Origin: Octopus bimaculoides
Lineage: Eukaryota
Assembly: GCF_001194135.2 (NCBI RefSeq)
Contig: NC_068982.1
Coordinates: 68,475,262-68,539,261 of the forward strand
DNA length: 64,000 nt
Reading direction: 5' to 3'
A model generated the notes under the pieces. That model did no database searches, had not been told where the DNA came from, and saw only the letters and a list, made by a program, of their open reading frames with translations. The position numbers and the translations under genes were made by a program. This document shows, in pieces, positions 1-10,825 of this stretch. Numbering within the stretch: the stretch's first letter is position 1; every line of letters starts with the position of its first letter.

Positions 1-287
1 AGTCCAGAAAAATAAATAAATAAACATGTAAAATGAAATTCTGGCAGTAACATTTTCATTGAATATATTATGACATGATAGTATTATTTCATTGAGAGGC
101 AAAAATAAATCATTCTTTGTGTGTTATAATAGGATAATCAAAAACTTACTGAAACCTTAATTTAAAACTTGTGCTAAAAGTTGTGTTTAACAAGTTTTTA
201 AAATGACAAATGTAGCCAAATACTATTTCAATAAAATTAAAATTTGCAACCAATAAGTATTAAAAATAGTAATAAGATTAGATTTTT

Positions 288-292
<5 letters not shown>

Positions 293-329
<37 letters not shown>

Positions 330-365
330 ACACACACACACACACACGTGCATACATACACACAC
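293..365. repeat. (TA)n(CA)n microsatellite
   Basis: Direct reading. Confidence 0.95.
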
Positions 366-1708
366 TACATTAGTAATATTCTATTTTAGGGATACTTACA
401 GGACATTAAAAACAGATTTTGTTTTTTTATATTTTTTTGTTGGAATGGGTGGGGCGAAAAAAACCATGGAAGGAAGAAGTAGAGGTTAACTTAAAATGAC
501 ACTGCAACCAAAATGTCACTTAACTTCAGTACTAAATGAGGACAGCATAATTTAAAGACAAAACGGATATAGGATATGTTTTATCATGTATAAATGACTA
601 CTGACAAACAAGAATCTTTATGATACACTATACAGCTAAATCTCTAATAAAATTGTTTGCCTATCTGGCAAAATATATTTCAAGATTTACTGTGGACTAA
701 ACACAGTTCAAAACAAAAAATGTAAAGGAAATTCCTAATAATCTTCAAGGAAGAATAACACAGAAACATTTGCCCCATGCAGGTTAAATTGAGAGAAGGC
801 TATAAAAAAAACAGAACAAATTTTTATATACAGTAGAGAGCTGTTGGTTTAGGATTACAAGCTTGTTGGTTAAAACTCTTTCCAAAAATGTGTGTTAAAA
901 CAAATAGACCTCCAACTATCTATTTTGGCTTGCTTTTCGAAAATCCATTTTGTCTCAATTAGGTGGGGAGAAGGGGTAATTTTAAAATACTGATAACAGG
1001 TTTGAAATCTATTTAAAATATTTCTCCAAATAAACCAAATTCTCAACAACAACAACAAAAAACAGAAAAGCAATATATTGAAAGTGTTTTAACAGATTTT
1101 TTCCACAGTAAAAATTCTGAATTGTATTGTCTGCATCTAAAATGGAATTTCCATTTGATTACAATCATTATAAGAGAAATAGCTTCCTGATACGATTTAA
1201 AAGAAAAAAAACCCATCAAACTGTGCTTAATAATAATATTCCTTTGCTCACCTTAATCAATAATTTATCAGAGAGAGAGAAAAACTAAGAAAGAAAAGAT
1301 ATTAGAACCCAAATAGAAGGCAGTTGAAGATGTTTAAACAAGTTTACAAGAACAAAAAATTTTTTAAAACCCTTTCTAATACAATTTCAGTCTCTTTTAT
1401 AGAATCATAATTTACCAGATTCAATATGGCTAGTATACTCTGAAAAAACACTTTACTTCTAAAATCAAAATCACTGTGCTTCTGGGATTACTTGGAGCAA
1501 CAAGATTCATTCTGACAATTAACACTGGAAAATACCACTTATATTGAAATCATTCTGATAATTTGCTAATTTCAATCATTCCTAAAATAGCCAACTAAAC
1601 TCGAAGAAATGTAGGAATCTATAATTTATATTAAACAAATAAAACTTCTCATGGATCTACCTCAAAAGTTCTAATAAAGCATTCACAACAGCTGCATGAG
1701 CTGAATTA

Positions 1709-2756
1709 CAGGGGTTGGACAAAATAATGGAAACACCTTAAAATTTCAAACAAATTTATTTTAATATGCAGTAGGACCACCTTTGGCAGTAATTACAGCT
1801 TGAATTCTATGAGGTATGAACTCATACAAAATTTGAATTGTTTCCAAAGGAATTTTTGTCCATTCTTCAGCTAAAACAATCTCCAGTTCTTGTAGTGATG
1901 ATGGTGGAGGATATTGACACCTTATCTGTTTTTCTAAAATGTTCCATAAGTGTTCAATAATATTGAGATCTGGGAACTGTGGTAGCCAGATAAGATGTTC
2001 AACTTCACTAGAATGTTCCTCGTGCCACTCAGTAACAACTTTAGCTGTGTGAATTGATGCATTATCATCCTGAAAGATTGCGTTTCCCTCCAGAAACAGT
2101 TCCACAACCATAGGATGAATTTGATAGATAAAATGCTTAAATAGGCTTGACTATTAATTCTGCCATGAAGAGAAACCATTGGGCCAGTGGATTTCCAAGA
2201 TATAGCACCTCCCCAGATCATCGCAGATCCTCCTCCATGTTTAACAGTTGGAAGACAGTTTGGATCAAATGCGTCTTTTGGCTGTCTCTGCATGGCTGGT
2301 GGTTGGAAATACTTGGCTGGTGGTTGGAAATAAGGTAAAGGATGACTCATCCAAGAAAATAGCATTCTTCCACTGCTCTTGGGATCAATTCTGTAGCTTT
2401 TTACTCCACTCTAAACGCTTTGCAACGTTTGTTTTTGAAAGTAATGGTTTTCTGATTGCAGCCCTCCCGTGAAATTCGGCTTTGTGCAGCTCCCATCGAA
2501 CAGTTTTTGTGGAAACTGGGTTCTTGAGGTGGTTAGTAAGCTCTGCAGTAATTTTGAGAGCTGTACTTTTGTGATGCTTTCTAACAATTCTGAAAGTTTT
2601 GGTCTTCTTCAGGAATTTTGTTTCGACGAGGTGGTTTTTCCCTCTTTCTCAAAGGCTGTCATTACTTTCAAGACAGTATTTCTTGATACACCAAACATTT
2701 CAGCTGTTTTCATTATGCTAGTGCCTGCCAAACAAGCACCAACAATCTGACCTGTT
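1709..2756 (-). mobile_element. Tc1-like DNA transposon, decayed transposase with DD36E spacing; one TIR present
   Basis: TA|caggggttggacaaaataatggaaacacct TIR at 1709. Minus-strand peptides GQIVGACLAGTSIMKTAEMFGVSRNTV (HTH), IFLDESSFTLFPTT, KHGGGSAMIWG and FQDDNASIH...WLPQFPDLNIIEHLW. Frameshifts and a short internal tandem duplication near 2291-2333. The 5' end is replaced by an RTE fragment. Confidence 0.92.
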
Positions 2757-3480
2757 TAAAAGACCTGGGATGAGATGGTGAAGCACGACCTTCGAACATT
2801 AGGCCTCACCGAGGCAATGACTTGTGACCGAGACCTTTGGAAATATGCTGTGCATGAGAAGACCCGGGCAAGGCAAGTGAGACCATAACCCATGGCCTTT
2901 ACCAGAGTTGTAGCCAGCCCACTTATGCGTACCTTTCCTTTCGAAAATTGAATCAAATTCGTTGACTGGCACCCATGCCAACCTTCCTTCATTGGACACT
3001 AAACTCAGCTTGTGAAGACCTGTTGGGGCAAGTGAGATCGAAACTGAACCAAATTCGATGACTGGCACCCATGCCAGTGGAGTGCTACAACACCATTCGA
3101 GCGGGATCACTGCTAGAGCAGCGATCTTGCTTCCGTGCCGGTGGTACGTAAAAAGCACCATTTTAGCGCGATCGTTTCCAGCTTCGCCTTACTGGTACTC
3201 GTGCTGGTGGCATGTGAACAAAACATTGGACTGACACCTGTGCAGGTGGTATGTAAAAAACACCATTTGAGCGTGGCTATTGCCAGTACCGCTGGACTGG
3301 CCCTCGTGCCAGTGGCACATAAAAAGCACCCACTACACTCTCGGAGTGGTTGGCATTAGAAAGGGCATCCAGCTGTAGAAAATCTGCCAGATCAGATTGA
3401 AGTCTGGTGTAGCCATCTGGTTCGCCAGTCCCCAGTCAAATCGCATGCATGGAAAACGGACGTCAAATGATGATGATGAC
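2757..3480 (+). mobile_element. RTE-clade LINE 3' fragment with hairpin-repeat 3' UTR and (GAT)n tail
   Basis: KTWDEMVKHDLRTLGLTEAMTCDRDLWKYAV C-terminus; shared tail aaaaagcacccactacactctc...gggcatccagctgtagaaa...gatgatgat. Confidence 0.88.
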
Positions 3481-3700
3481 ACACACAGAGTCCAACCTGA
3501 AAATAACTCAACACTGATGTGCTGCTTCCTACATCAGCAACCCTGGACTCACAGTTCATTCCTCCTCTTCCCACCCCACTAGTCTTGGAGGCCCTACAAA
3601 GGTCAAGGGTACAGTCCTTTTTTCCTCTGACTAAGCCTTATAAAAAAAATAAAAATAACAAAAAGCAAGTCAACTTGTGAAATATAAGAAACAAACTTAC

Positions 3701-3745
3701 CATGTCCATTTGCCCGATGAAATTTTGGTAAAGAAACCTCCATTG
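3701..3745 (-). CDS. REPS1: Next REPS coding exon (45 nt, phase 1-1), (A)MEVSLPKFHRANGH(G)
   Basis: Acceptor ttctttttccatag|CA and donor CATG|gtaagt. Joins the 10496 donor in frame (G+CA = Ala). EVSLPKF matches the REPS DLPLPRF-type motif that ends the EH1 region. Confidence 0.82.
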
Positions 3746-3931
3746 CTATGGAAAAAGAATTTAATTTAAAATTGATTAACAAATAAAAAAGATGTTAGAA
3801 ATGACATTAAATAAAAGCTTTTAGTATTTCCTTATTCGTGTGCATGCAAATACAGGCAACTGTATTATATGTAAGTATCATCAAAATACAATCCATCAAA
3901 AATAGAGATTTAACAATTATTCTTTTTCTGA

Positions 3932-4097
3932 CACATAAAAGGCGTCCACTACACTCTCGAGGGTGGTTGGTATTAGGAAGGGCATCCAGCTGTAGAAACC
4001 AAGCCAAAACAGACTGGAGCTTGGTGCAGCTCTCCAGCTTACTAGTTCCAGTCAAACTGTCTAACACATGGAAAATGGATGCTAAATGATGATGATG
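3932..4097 (+). mobile_element. RTE 3'-tail-only copy
   Basis: Same tail core (ggaagggcatccagctgtagaaa) ending in (GAT)n. Confidence 0.82.
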
Positions 4098-4619
4098 TAA
4101 ACTAAAAGATGCACAGCTAAGTATTTTAGTCATTAATTAGCATTTCTTAATGATGAAGTTAGGCATGCTATTGATGAGGTCACAGATGGTGATGGTTGGA
4201 CTTGGGCAAATCTAACTGATTAGTTGATTGACTGAACGATTAATCAAGCAATTGATTAATTAACAGGTTAAATAGTTAACCAATTGGCAAGTAAAAAATA
4301 AAGAAGTGAATGAGAACCAATGTGTGTCTTTATTATGGGCATAAGGTTAACATCAAGAATTTTACAAACCAAAAACAAAATAAGACTTTAAAAAAAAAGA
4401 AAAAAACACTGTTCATACATAACACATCAACATTAGATTTAATAGTATAACTTTACTTCAACTAAAAGGAAGTTTCATTGATAAAATTAAGAATGTTATC
4501 TTAATTATGGAAGGTTCAAATAAAGTAATCTTACTTTCAAAAACAGATCCCCTAAATTAAAGCAGATTATGTGGGTATGTGTGTATGTGTTCATCTGCAA
4601 CAACTGCAGTTCATCACAT

Positions 4620-5555
4620 CAACTGACAATCAAAGAAATGGGATATTGTATGAGAATGAGACCTAGGCATTGAGTAGATCTGTAGAGATTGAAAAGGAAT
4701 AAACTGATTATATTCCACTGCTGAGGACATGCGTAGGCTTGAAAGAGATGAAGTTAGTATGCTCCGTTTGATGTGTAATGTCAGTGTGCATACACAACAG
4801 AGTGTAAGTGTCCTGAAAGAAAAGTTGGACATAAGAAGCATCAGATGTGGTGAGCAAGAGAGACGACTGCACTGGTATGGTAGTGCTGCATATGGATGTG
4901 GACAGCTGTGTGAAGAAGTGTCACACCTTAACAGTGGAGGGAACTTGTGAAATAGGTAGACCCAAGAAGACATGGGATGAGGCGGTGAAGCACAACTTTC
5001 GAACCATGGGCCTCACAGAGGCAATGACAAGTGACCGAAACATTTGGAGATATGCTGTGCTTCAGAGGACCTGGCAGGCAAATAAGATTGTAGCCGTGGC
5101 CAATGCCAGTGTTGCATAACTGGCCCATTTAAAAGTACCCTTCAATTATCAGGCAATATGCTGTGCCCGAGAAGACCTGTTGAGTCAAGTCAAATTGTAG
5201 TCATGGCCAATGCCAGTGTTGCCTGACTGGTACTCATGCTGGTGGTACATAAAAAGCAACATTCAAGCATGGCCAATGCCAGTGCCGCCTGATTGGCACC
5301 TGTGCCAGTGACATGTAGAAAGCACCATTCGAGCATGGTCAATGCCAGTGCCACCTGACTGGTACCCGTGCTAGTGGCACATAAAAAGCACCCACTACAC
5401 TCTCAGAGTGGTCGACCGTTAGGAAAGGCATCCAGCTGCAGAAACCTTGCCAGATCAAATTACAACCTGGTGCAGCCTCCTGACTTGCCAGTCCTCAGTC
5501 AAACTGTCCAATCCATGCCAGCATGGAAAATGGACGTTAAATGATGATGATGATG
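4620..5555 (+). mobile_element. RTE-clade LINE 3' fragment (post-RT coding region, 3' UTR repeats, tail)
   Basis: MRRLERDEVSMLRLMCNVSVHTQQSVSVLKEKLDIRSIRCGEQERRLHWYG and GRPKKTWDEAVKHNFRTMGLTEAM; (GAT)n tail at about 5541-5555. Confidence 0.9.
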
Positions 5556-5889
5556 AAAATGCAAGCTTGATTGGTGTGAAAGGTTGAGCAGAAAGTGACC
5601 ATTATGGGTTTTGTGTATAAGAGAGACAGTTGCACATATAAGACAGGTCATGCAAATTAATGACACCTGCTAAGTGAAAAAAATGTTACAAACTAAATAA
5701 GAGCAAATAGTGACAGAACCAAACCAAGAAAACTGACACCAGATCAAAATAAATAGAAATATGGTGAGCGAGAACAAATGGATGAACAGATGGTGTAACT
5801 TTGATGAATGATAGTAATAACTATTCAGCATACTATCACTAGAAAATCGTTTTCACAAATTCACAAAATTCAGTCCTTGTAGTAGTGTG

Positions 5890-6140
5890 GTGGCTTGTGT
5901 ACCTCAATGACCCTGAGAGATATGCCAGCAGAATGTAAGCTCCCAGTAGCCTCTCCCATGCTGGACAAGGCAAAGAGTAGAGACCAGGCTAATAAAGATC
6001 ACCTCTTCCTAAAAGTAGAAATGGTTTTGTCTAAGGCCAACACTCTACATAGAAAAAAACAGCAAAGTTACAGAAGCATTCACAACAATTCAAAACCAAT
6101 AAGACCTAAGAGAGGAAAGCCTTCCCTAAAGGAAACATAG
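5890..6140 (+). mobile_element. Possible degenerate 5' leader of an RTE-type LINE
   Basis: ggcttgtgtacctcaatgaccctgagagatatgcc resembles 5' ends of RTE/Rex3-like elements as I recall them; no coding support. Confidence 0.3.
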
Positions 6141-6944
6141 GACATAAAGCAGCAAAATCCAAAAGGAAACCAACATTCTACATTACACTCTGACCTGGAA
6201 CCTACAAAGGAGCCAAAAGGGAGGACACCCTAAAATAGCTGGAAGTAGAATACTAAAGCAGAGTTGAAAAAGAAGGGGTCCAATTGGTGAAAAGCAGAAA
6301 AGACAGCCACTTCACTGCTTCTAGGCTACACTCGTCAATACCACAAAATTGTAGCAAAAACTTAACTTCAGTACCAGGGTAAGTGGGGGAAAACAATAAA
6401 TGAAATGAAGATAAAAATTAATCATTTAAATTACAAGCATTTCCTGTGTTATTATTAGTCATCCAGTAATTAATGTAATAAATCATAACAATGATGACAA
6501 TTCATTAAGCTAGAATGCATAATGATGATAGCTTCGTTATTATTAAGAAGCTTTCCATACTGACAAGTATGAACAGTCAAAGTCAAAGAGGTAACTTTGC
6601 TTTCAGACTCCAAGATGTATACTAAGAAGACAATCCAGGCCATGCTTTTAATAGGTGTGACCTTCCTTTCAACAACAATACCTCAGCATTAGTTTCACAG
6701 ATTAGTCAAATGTAAGTAGTAGAAATAAAACTCAAAACTCCAATTGAAAATGATATACTAAAAACAAAAATGGCAGACATGAATCAAAACATTTATTTTT
6801 ACAAAAAAAAAAAAAAAGACAAAAAACAATGTTAAAAAGTACCTGGCAATCTCAAGCCACACAAACTGTTAAAGCCTGTCCATACCAATACTACCTAATC
6901 CTTTACAAAGAAGTACTCACAAGAAAATTATTGCGTGTAGGTTG

Positions 6945-7145
6945 TCGATCATCATCATCTTTTAACATTCATCTTCCATCCTGGTATGGGTTGAAGAATT
7001 TGACCAGAATTAACAGGTTCAAAGACATCTTGCTCCAATGTCTACTTTGGCAATGGTTTCTACAACTGGATGCCCTTCTTACTACCAACCACTTTACAGA
7101 ATGTGCTGAGAGCTTTTTTCATGGCACCAGCATTAGTAAGCTCAG
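6945..7145 (-). mobile_element. RTE 3'-tail-only copy
   Basis: (CAT)n followed by the reverse complement of the tail (ctacaactggatgcccttc). Confidence 0.75.
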
Positions 7146-7606
7146 CATGCAGCTCACAAAACTAAGATCCTTTTTCACTACAGTAGAGAGGGAGGCAGCT
7201 TTAGGCTAAGTGATGAGAAGTTAAAGTAAAAAAGAAGTGACCCAGAACAAGTTCCATACTTTAAATCTCTCATCACCTGGGATATATTTTTATAGTGATA
7301 TATATTTGTAACTTGCATAGTGTGAAACATTTTTAGATATAAACTTCACTTGATTTGTCTCCAAATGATGACATCTCCAAGAGACAAACACACACCATGA
7401 AGTCAAGTAAACAACATTATGATGAGTGAAAAGCAGCTGTTTTTACAGCTGAAGGCCCTTTCTACCATTAACCATCAAACAGTTGCATAAGTAAGGAAGC
7501 TGTTTGGTCAGTAAGACAATCTACAGCAAAGAAAACTCTGTGCCTTACCCAAGGGCACAACAGTGGCTGCAGTAAAGCTTGAATTGGTGATAGTGTGCAA
7601 CTTAGG

Positions 7607-7812
7607 CTAGCAGCAATATTCTTTTCTAATCTAGGCATAAGGCCCGGAATTTGTTTTTTTTTTGGGGGGGGGGTCGATTAGATCAACCCTAGTATGCAAC
7701 TGGTACTTAATTTATCGACTCCAAAAGGACGAAAGGCAAAATCGACCTCTAAGCATTTCACCCGGCGTGTTAACGTTTTTGCTAGCTCGTCGTCTTGCCT
7801 AGCAGTAATATT
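7607..7812 (-). mobile_element. tRNA-derived SINE (ggcggcgagctggcagaa-type head) with a 14-bp TSD-like flank
   Basis: Matches the plus-strand copy at 57534-57750; flanks ctagcagcaatatt (7607) and ctagcagtaatatt (7799). Confidence 0.75.
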
Positions 7813-7851
7813 AAGCAAACAATTGTAAAATAAAGATATATATATATATAT

Positions 7852-9025
7852 ATCATCATCATCGTTTAACGTCCGCTTTCCATGCTAGCATGGGTTGGAC
7901 GATTTGACTGAGGACTGGTGAAACCGGATGGCAACACCAGGCTCCAATCTAATTTGGCAGAGTTTCTACAGCTGGATGCCCTTCCTNNNNNNNNNNNNNN
8001 NNNNNNNNNNNNNNNNNNNNNNNNNNNNNNNNNNNNNNNNNNNNNNNNNNNNNNNNNNNNNNNNNNNNNNNNNNNNNNNNNNNNNNNNNNNNNNNNNNNN
8101 NNNNNNNNNNNNNNNNNNNNNNNNNNNNNNNNNNNNNNNNNNNNNNNNNNNNNNNNNNNNNNNNNNNNNNNNNNNNNNNNNNNNNNNNNNNNNNNNNNNN
8201 NNNNNNNNNNNNNNNNNNNNNNNNNNNNNNNNNNNNNNNNNNNNNNNNNNNNNNNNNNNNNNNNNNNNNNNNNNNNNNNNNNNNNNNNNNNNNNNNNNNN
8301 NNNNNNNNNNNNNNNNNNNNNNNNNNNNNNNNNNNNNNNNNNNNNNNNNNNNNNNNNNNNNNNNNNNNNNNNNNNNNNNNNNNNNNNNNNNNNNNNNNNN
8401 NNNNNNNNNNNNNNNNNNNNNNNNNNNNNNNNNNNNNNNNNNNNNNNNNNNNNNNNNNNNNNNNNNNNNNNNNNNNNNNNNNNNNNNNNNNNNNNNNNNN
8501 NNNNNNNNNNNNNNNNNNNNNNNNNNNNNNNNNNNNNNNNNNNNNNNNNNNNNNNNNNNNNNNNNNNNNNNNNNNNNNNNNNNNNNNNNNNNNNNNNNNN
8601 NNNNNNNNNNNNNNNNNNNNNNNNNNNNNNNNNNNNNNNNNNNNNNNNNNNNNNNNNNNNNNNNNNNNNNNNNNNNNNNNNNNNNNNNNNNNNNNNNNNN
8701 NNNNNNNNNNNNNNNNNNNNNNNNNNNNNNNNNNNNNNNNNNNNNNNNNNNNNNNNNNNNNNNNNNNNNNNNNNNNNNNNNNNNNNNNNNNNNNNNNNNN
8801 NNNNNNNNNNNNNNNNNNNNNNNNNNNNNNNNNNNNNNNNNNNNNNNNNNNNNNNNNNNNNNNNNNNNNNNNNNNNNNNNNNNNNNNNNNNNNNNNNNNN
8901 NNNNNNNNNNNNNNNNNNNNNNNNNNNNNNNNNNNNNNNNNNNNNNNNNNNNNNNNNNNNTGTTTGTTTACAGTCTTTATTGTACCTGAACATCTGCCAC
9001 AAACAAAAACTAACTTGCTAGTTAA

Positions 9026-9028
<3 letters not shown>
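7852..9028 (-). mobile_element. Young 5'-truncated RTE LINE spanning the N gap, inserted in (TA)n
   Basis: Tail at 7852-7986 nearly identical to 56590-56745. Beyond the gap, 8961-9028 encodes RLTSKLVFVCGRCSGTIKT, matching RLTGKIVFVCSRCTGAINT of the 49 kb copy. The spacing is consistent with one element. Confidence 0.78.
7987..8960. other. Assembly gap; other gaps at 18439-18654, 25262-25402, 31643-31948 and 33418-33702
   Basis: Runs of N. Confidence 1.
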
Positions 9029-9063
<35 letters not shown>

Positions 9064-9947
9064 GCAATCCACAAACAACTGAAACATATATTTTAATTTA
9101 CAGCATCCACAAAGAGGAAAACAAAAAAATAAATAGAAACTTCTGAAATATTGTATTGAGTCAAAAGTTTTGCAATATTTTGGCAACTTATTTGCTTTAT
9201 TCCTCAAGTTTCAACAAAAGCAGCCAAGCACTCAAAGTAGAGGCCATCATGTTGCACCATCTGCAGTCATCTTTCTGCCAGTTCTATGATCCCAAACTGA
9301 GACTAGTTCTTGTCCTTCGAGGTGAAGAACTCCTTCATTGAAGGTTCCACCTCCTTGGTTGATGAAGCATTGCAAGTGCAGGAAGAGAGCTAGATTCTGA
9401 CTATATGCAGGGTGTGTTATCAGTTTGTTTCCCTCAAGTTCCTGAGTTTATACCGGGTCCTTTGAGCAGCATGATGCCTTGCATTGACTGGCTACAGAAG
9501 TGCTCACTTTCTGTTAACTGATACCACACAATGGCAAACATCCACTCCAGTGTTTGAAGTACAGGTTGGCATCAATGCCGCAACCATCCAGAATGAACTG
9601 GTAGTGAACCTTCTCCTCATAATTCCACCAGTTGCAGAGAATCACCTTGTGTTCGAAATGCCTATGTTTGGCAACAGGTTCCAGAAGCTGGCCCTTGCTT
9701 AAACACTGCCTATGCACGTTAGGATTGTAGTGAAATATCTCCCTCAGATTATTACTTGTCCCAATCCATGGTTCACTTCCTGTGCTTACACCACTTCATC
9801 AACCAAGTGGAGGTGGAAGTTTCAGTGAAGGACAAGAACTGATATCATTGTGGGGTCTAAGAACTAGCAAAAAAGGTGACTTCAGACAGTGCAACATGAT
9901 GGCCTCTACTTTAAATGTCAGGTTGCTTTCTATCTAACGTGACAAAT

Positions 9948-10234
9948 TGTGGTGTTACATGTGGTGTTATGGGCTGTGATGAGCTATGTGGTGTTGGTGG
10001 AGAGGGATCACAGATGAAGAAACGGAAGTGAAGACCGGAAGGGCCGGCGGAAGTCGGCCACACGCGCATGCGTGGACAGCGAGCACGTGTGGGCAGTTCG
10101 AACAGAGACAGCGTACGTAGAAGACGTGGTTTGATCTGGAGCGATCGTTTATCCCGCCTCGGTCAACAAGGTAAGGGCGCTGTATTTCTTTCTCCCTTTT
10201 GCTTCTTGTTGTCTTTTTCCTCCATCACACCACA
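9948..10234. mobile_element. Solo LTR (287 bp) of an LTR retrotransposon
   Basis: Starts TGTGGTGT, ends ACACCACA (8-bp inverted termini); perfect 5-bp TSD CAAAT at 9943-9947 and 10235-10239. Removing it restores the mariner 3' end. Confidence 0.85.
10020..10180. promoter_or_regulatory. CpG-dense promoter-like core inside the solo LTR
   Basis: About 19 CpGs in about 160 bp; three CGGAAG (ETS-type) motifs, cgcgcatgcg (NRF1-type), cacgtg E-box; plus-strand donor CAAG|gtaagg at 10171. Confidence 0.5.
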
Positions 10235-10495
10235 CAAATAAAGCAAATGAGTTATCAAAATATTGCAAAACTTTTAACTTAACTCAATATTACAATACTG
10301 GAAATGTTGTTATAGTACAGCACTAACAATCAAATCAGAAAATGTTTTTAGCTTTTTATTTTAATTATTCATTGCAATGTCTAAGAAAGGATGGCTAGGT
10401 TCAATACATCTGCTTTTCCTTAAATAGACTGATAAGAGAGTTAAGCTGTAGATATAAAGCAAGAGAATGTATAAATGATATCCAAAAGAAATTAC

Positions 10496-10619
10496 CCAGG
10501 TTGAGGCTATCTAATTTGGCTGGAAGACCACACTGAACAGCAGCAATCAGTTTCAAAGCAATATAAAACTGACTTCGACCAAAGTGACCTAATCTTTTGG
10601 CTCCACAAAGCTCAGAAAT
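10496..10619 (-). CDS. REPS1: Internal coding exon of a RalBP1-associated Eps domain protein (REPS1/REPS2 orthologue); second half of the N-terminal EH domain
   Basis: Translates [41 protein letters not shown], closely matching vertebrate REPS1 [31 protein letters not shown] as I recall it. Acceptor ttgctttttcag|ATT (phase 0), donor CTGG|gtaatt (phase 1), 124 nt. Confidence 0.93.
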
Positions 10620-10825
10620 CTGAAAAAGCAAAAAAAACAAATAGACAACATTAGCTATAATAAAAAGAGAAAGGAAAAGTGGAATCACTGGGAAAAGAAG
10701 AATATCTTTTGTAAAGTTAAATGATTTAGAAATTTAGTAAATTCTAAAAGAAACACTACAATACAAAAGTGTATATTACATTTAAAAAGAATATTCACAC
10801 ATGCAGACACACATAAAAAAAAGAA

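Larger units (their letters stand above)
9151..10287. mobile_element. Mariner composite: two inverted 3' ends bounded by TA-flanked TIRs
   Basis: Minus copy 9151-9720 (EPVAK..HKVILC.WWNYE; KEFFTSKDKN; ELAER.LQMVQHDGLYFE) and plus copy about 9770-10287 with the same C-terminus. Termini ttgtattgagtcaaaagttttgcaata and tattgcaaaacttttaacttaactcaa. Confidence 0.8.

Noticed and set aside
1240-1290. Minus-strand AAG|gtgagc donor as a further REPS exon
   Set aside because: The upstream sequence is low-complexity with no REPS-like peptide.
5890-5990. Self-cleaving ribozyme (HDV-like or twister) in the putative RTE 5' leader
   Set aside because: Ribozymes are known at some RTE 5' ends, but I could not fit the required pairings to this degenerate copy. 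An Infernal search on a consensus would be needed.
7866-9067. Long ORFs of 350-380 aa, and similar ORFs at 18.4, 25.3, 31.6 and 33.4 kb
   Set aside because: They are open only because they run through N gaps.
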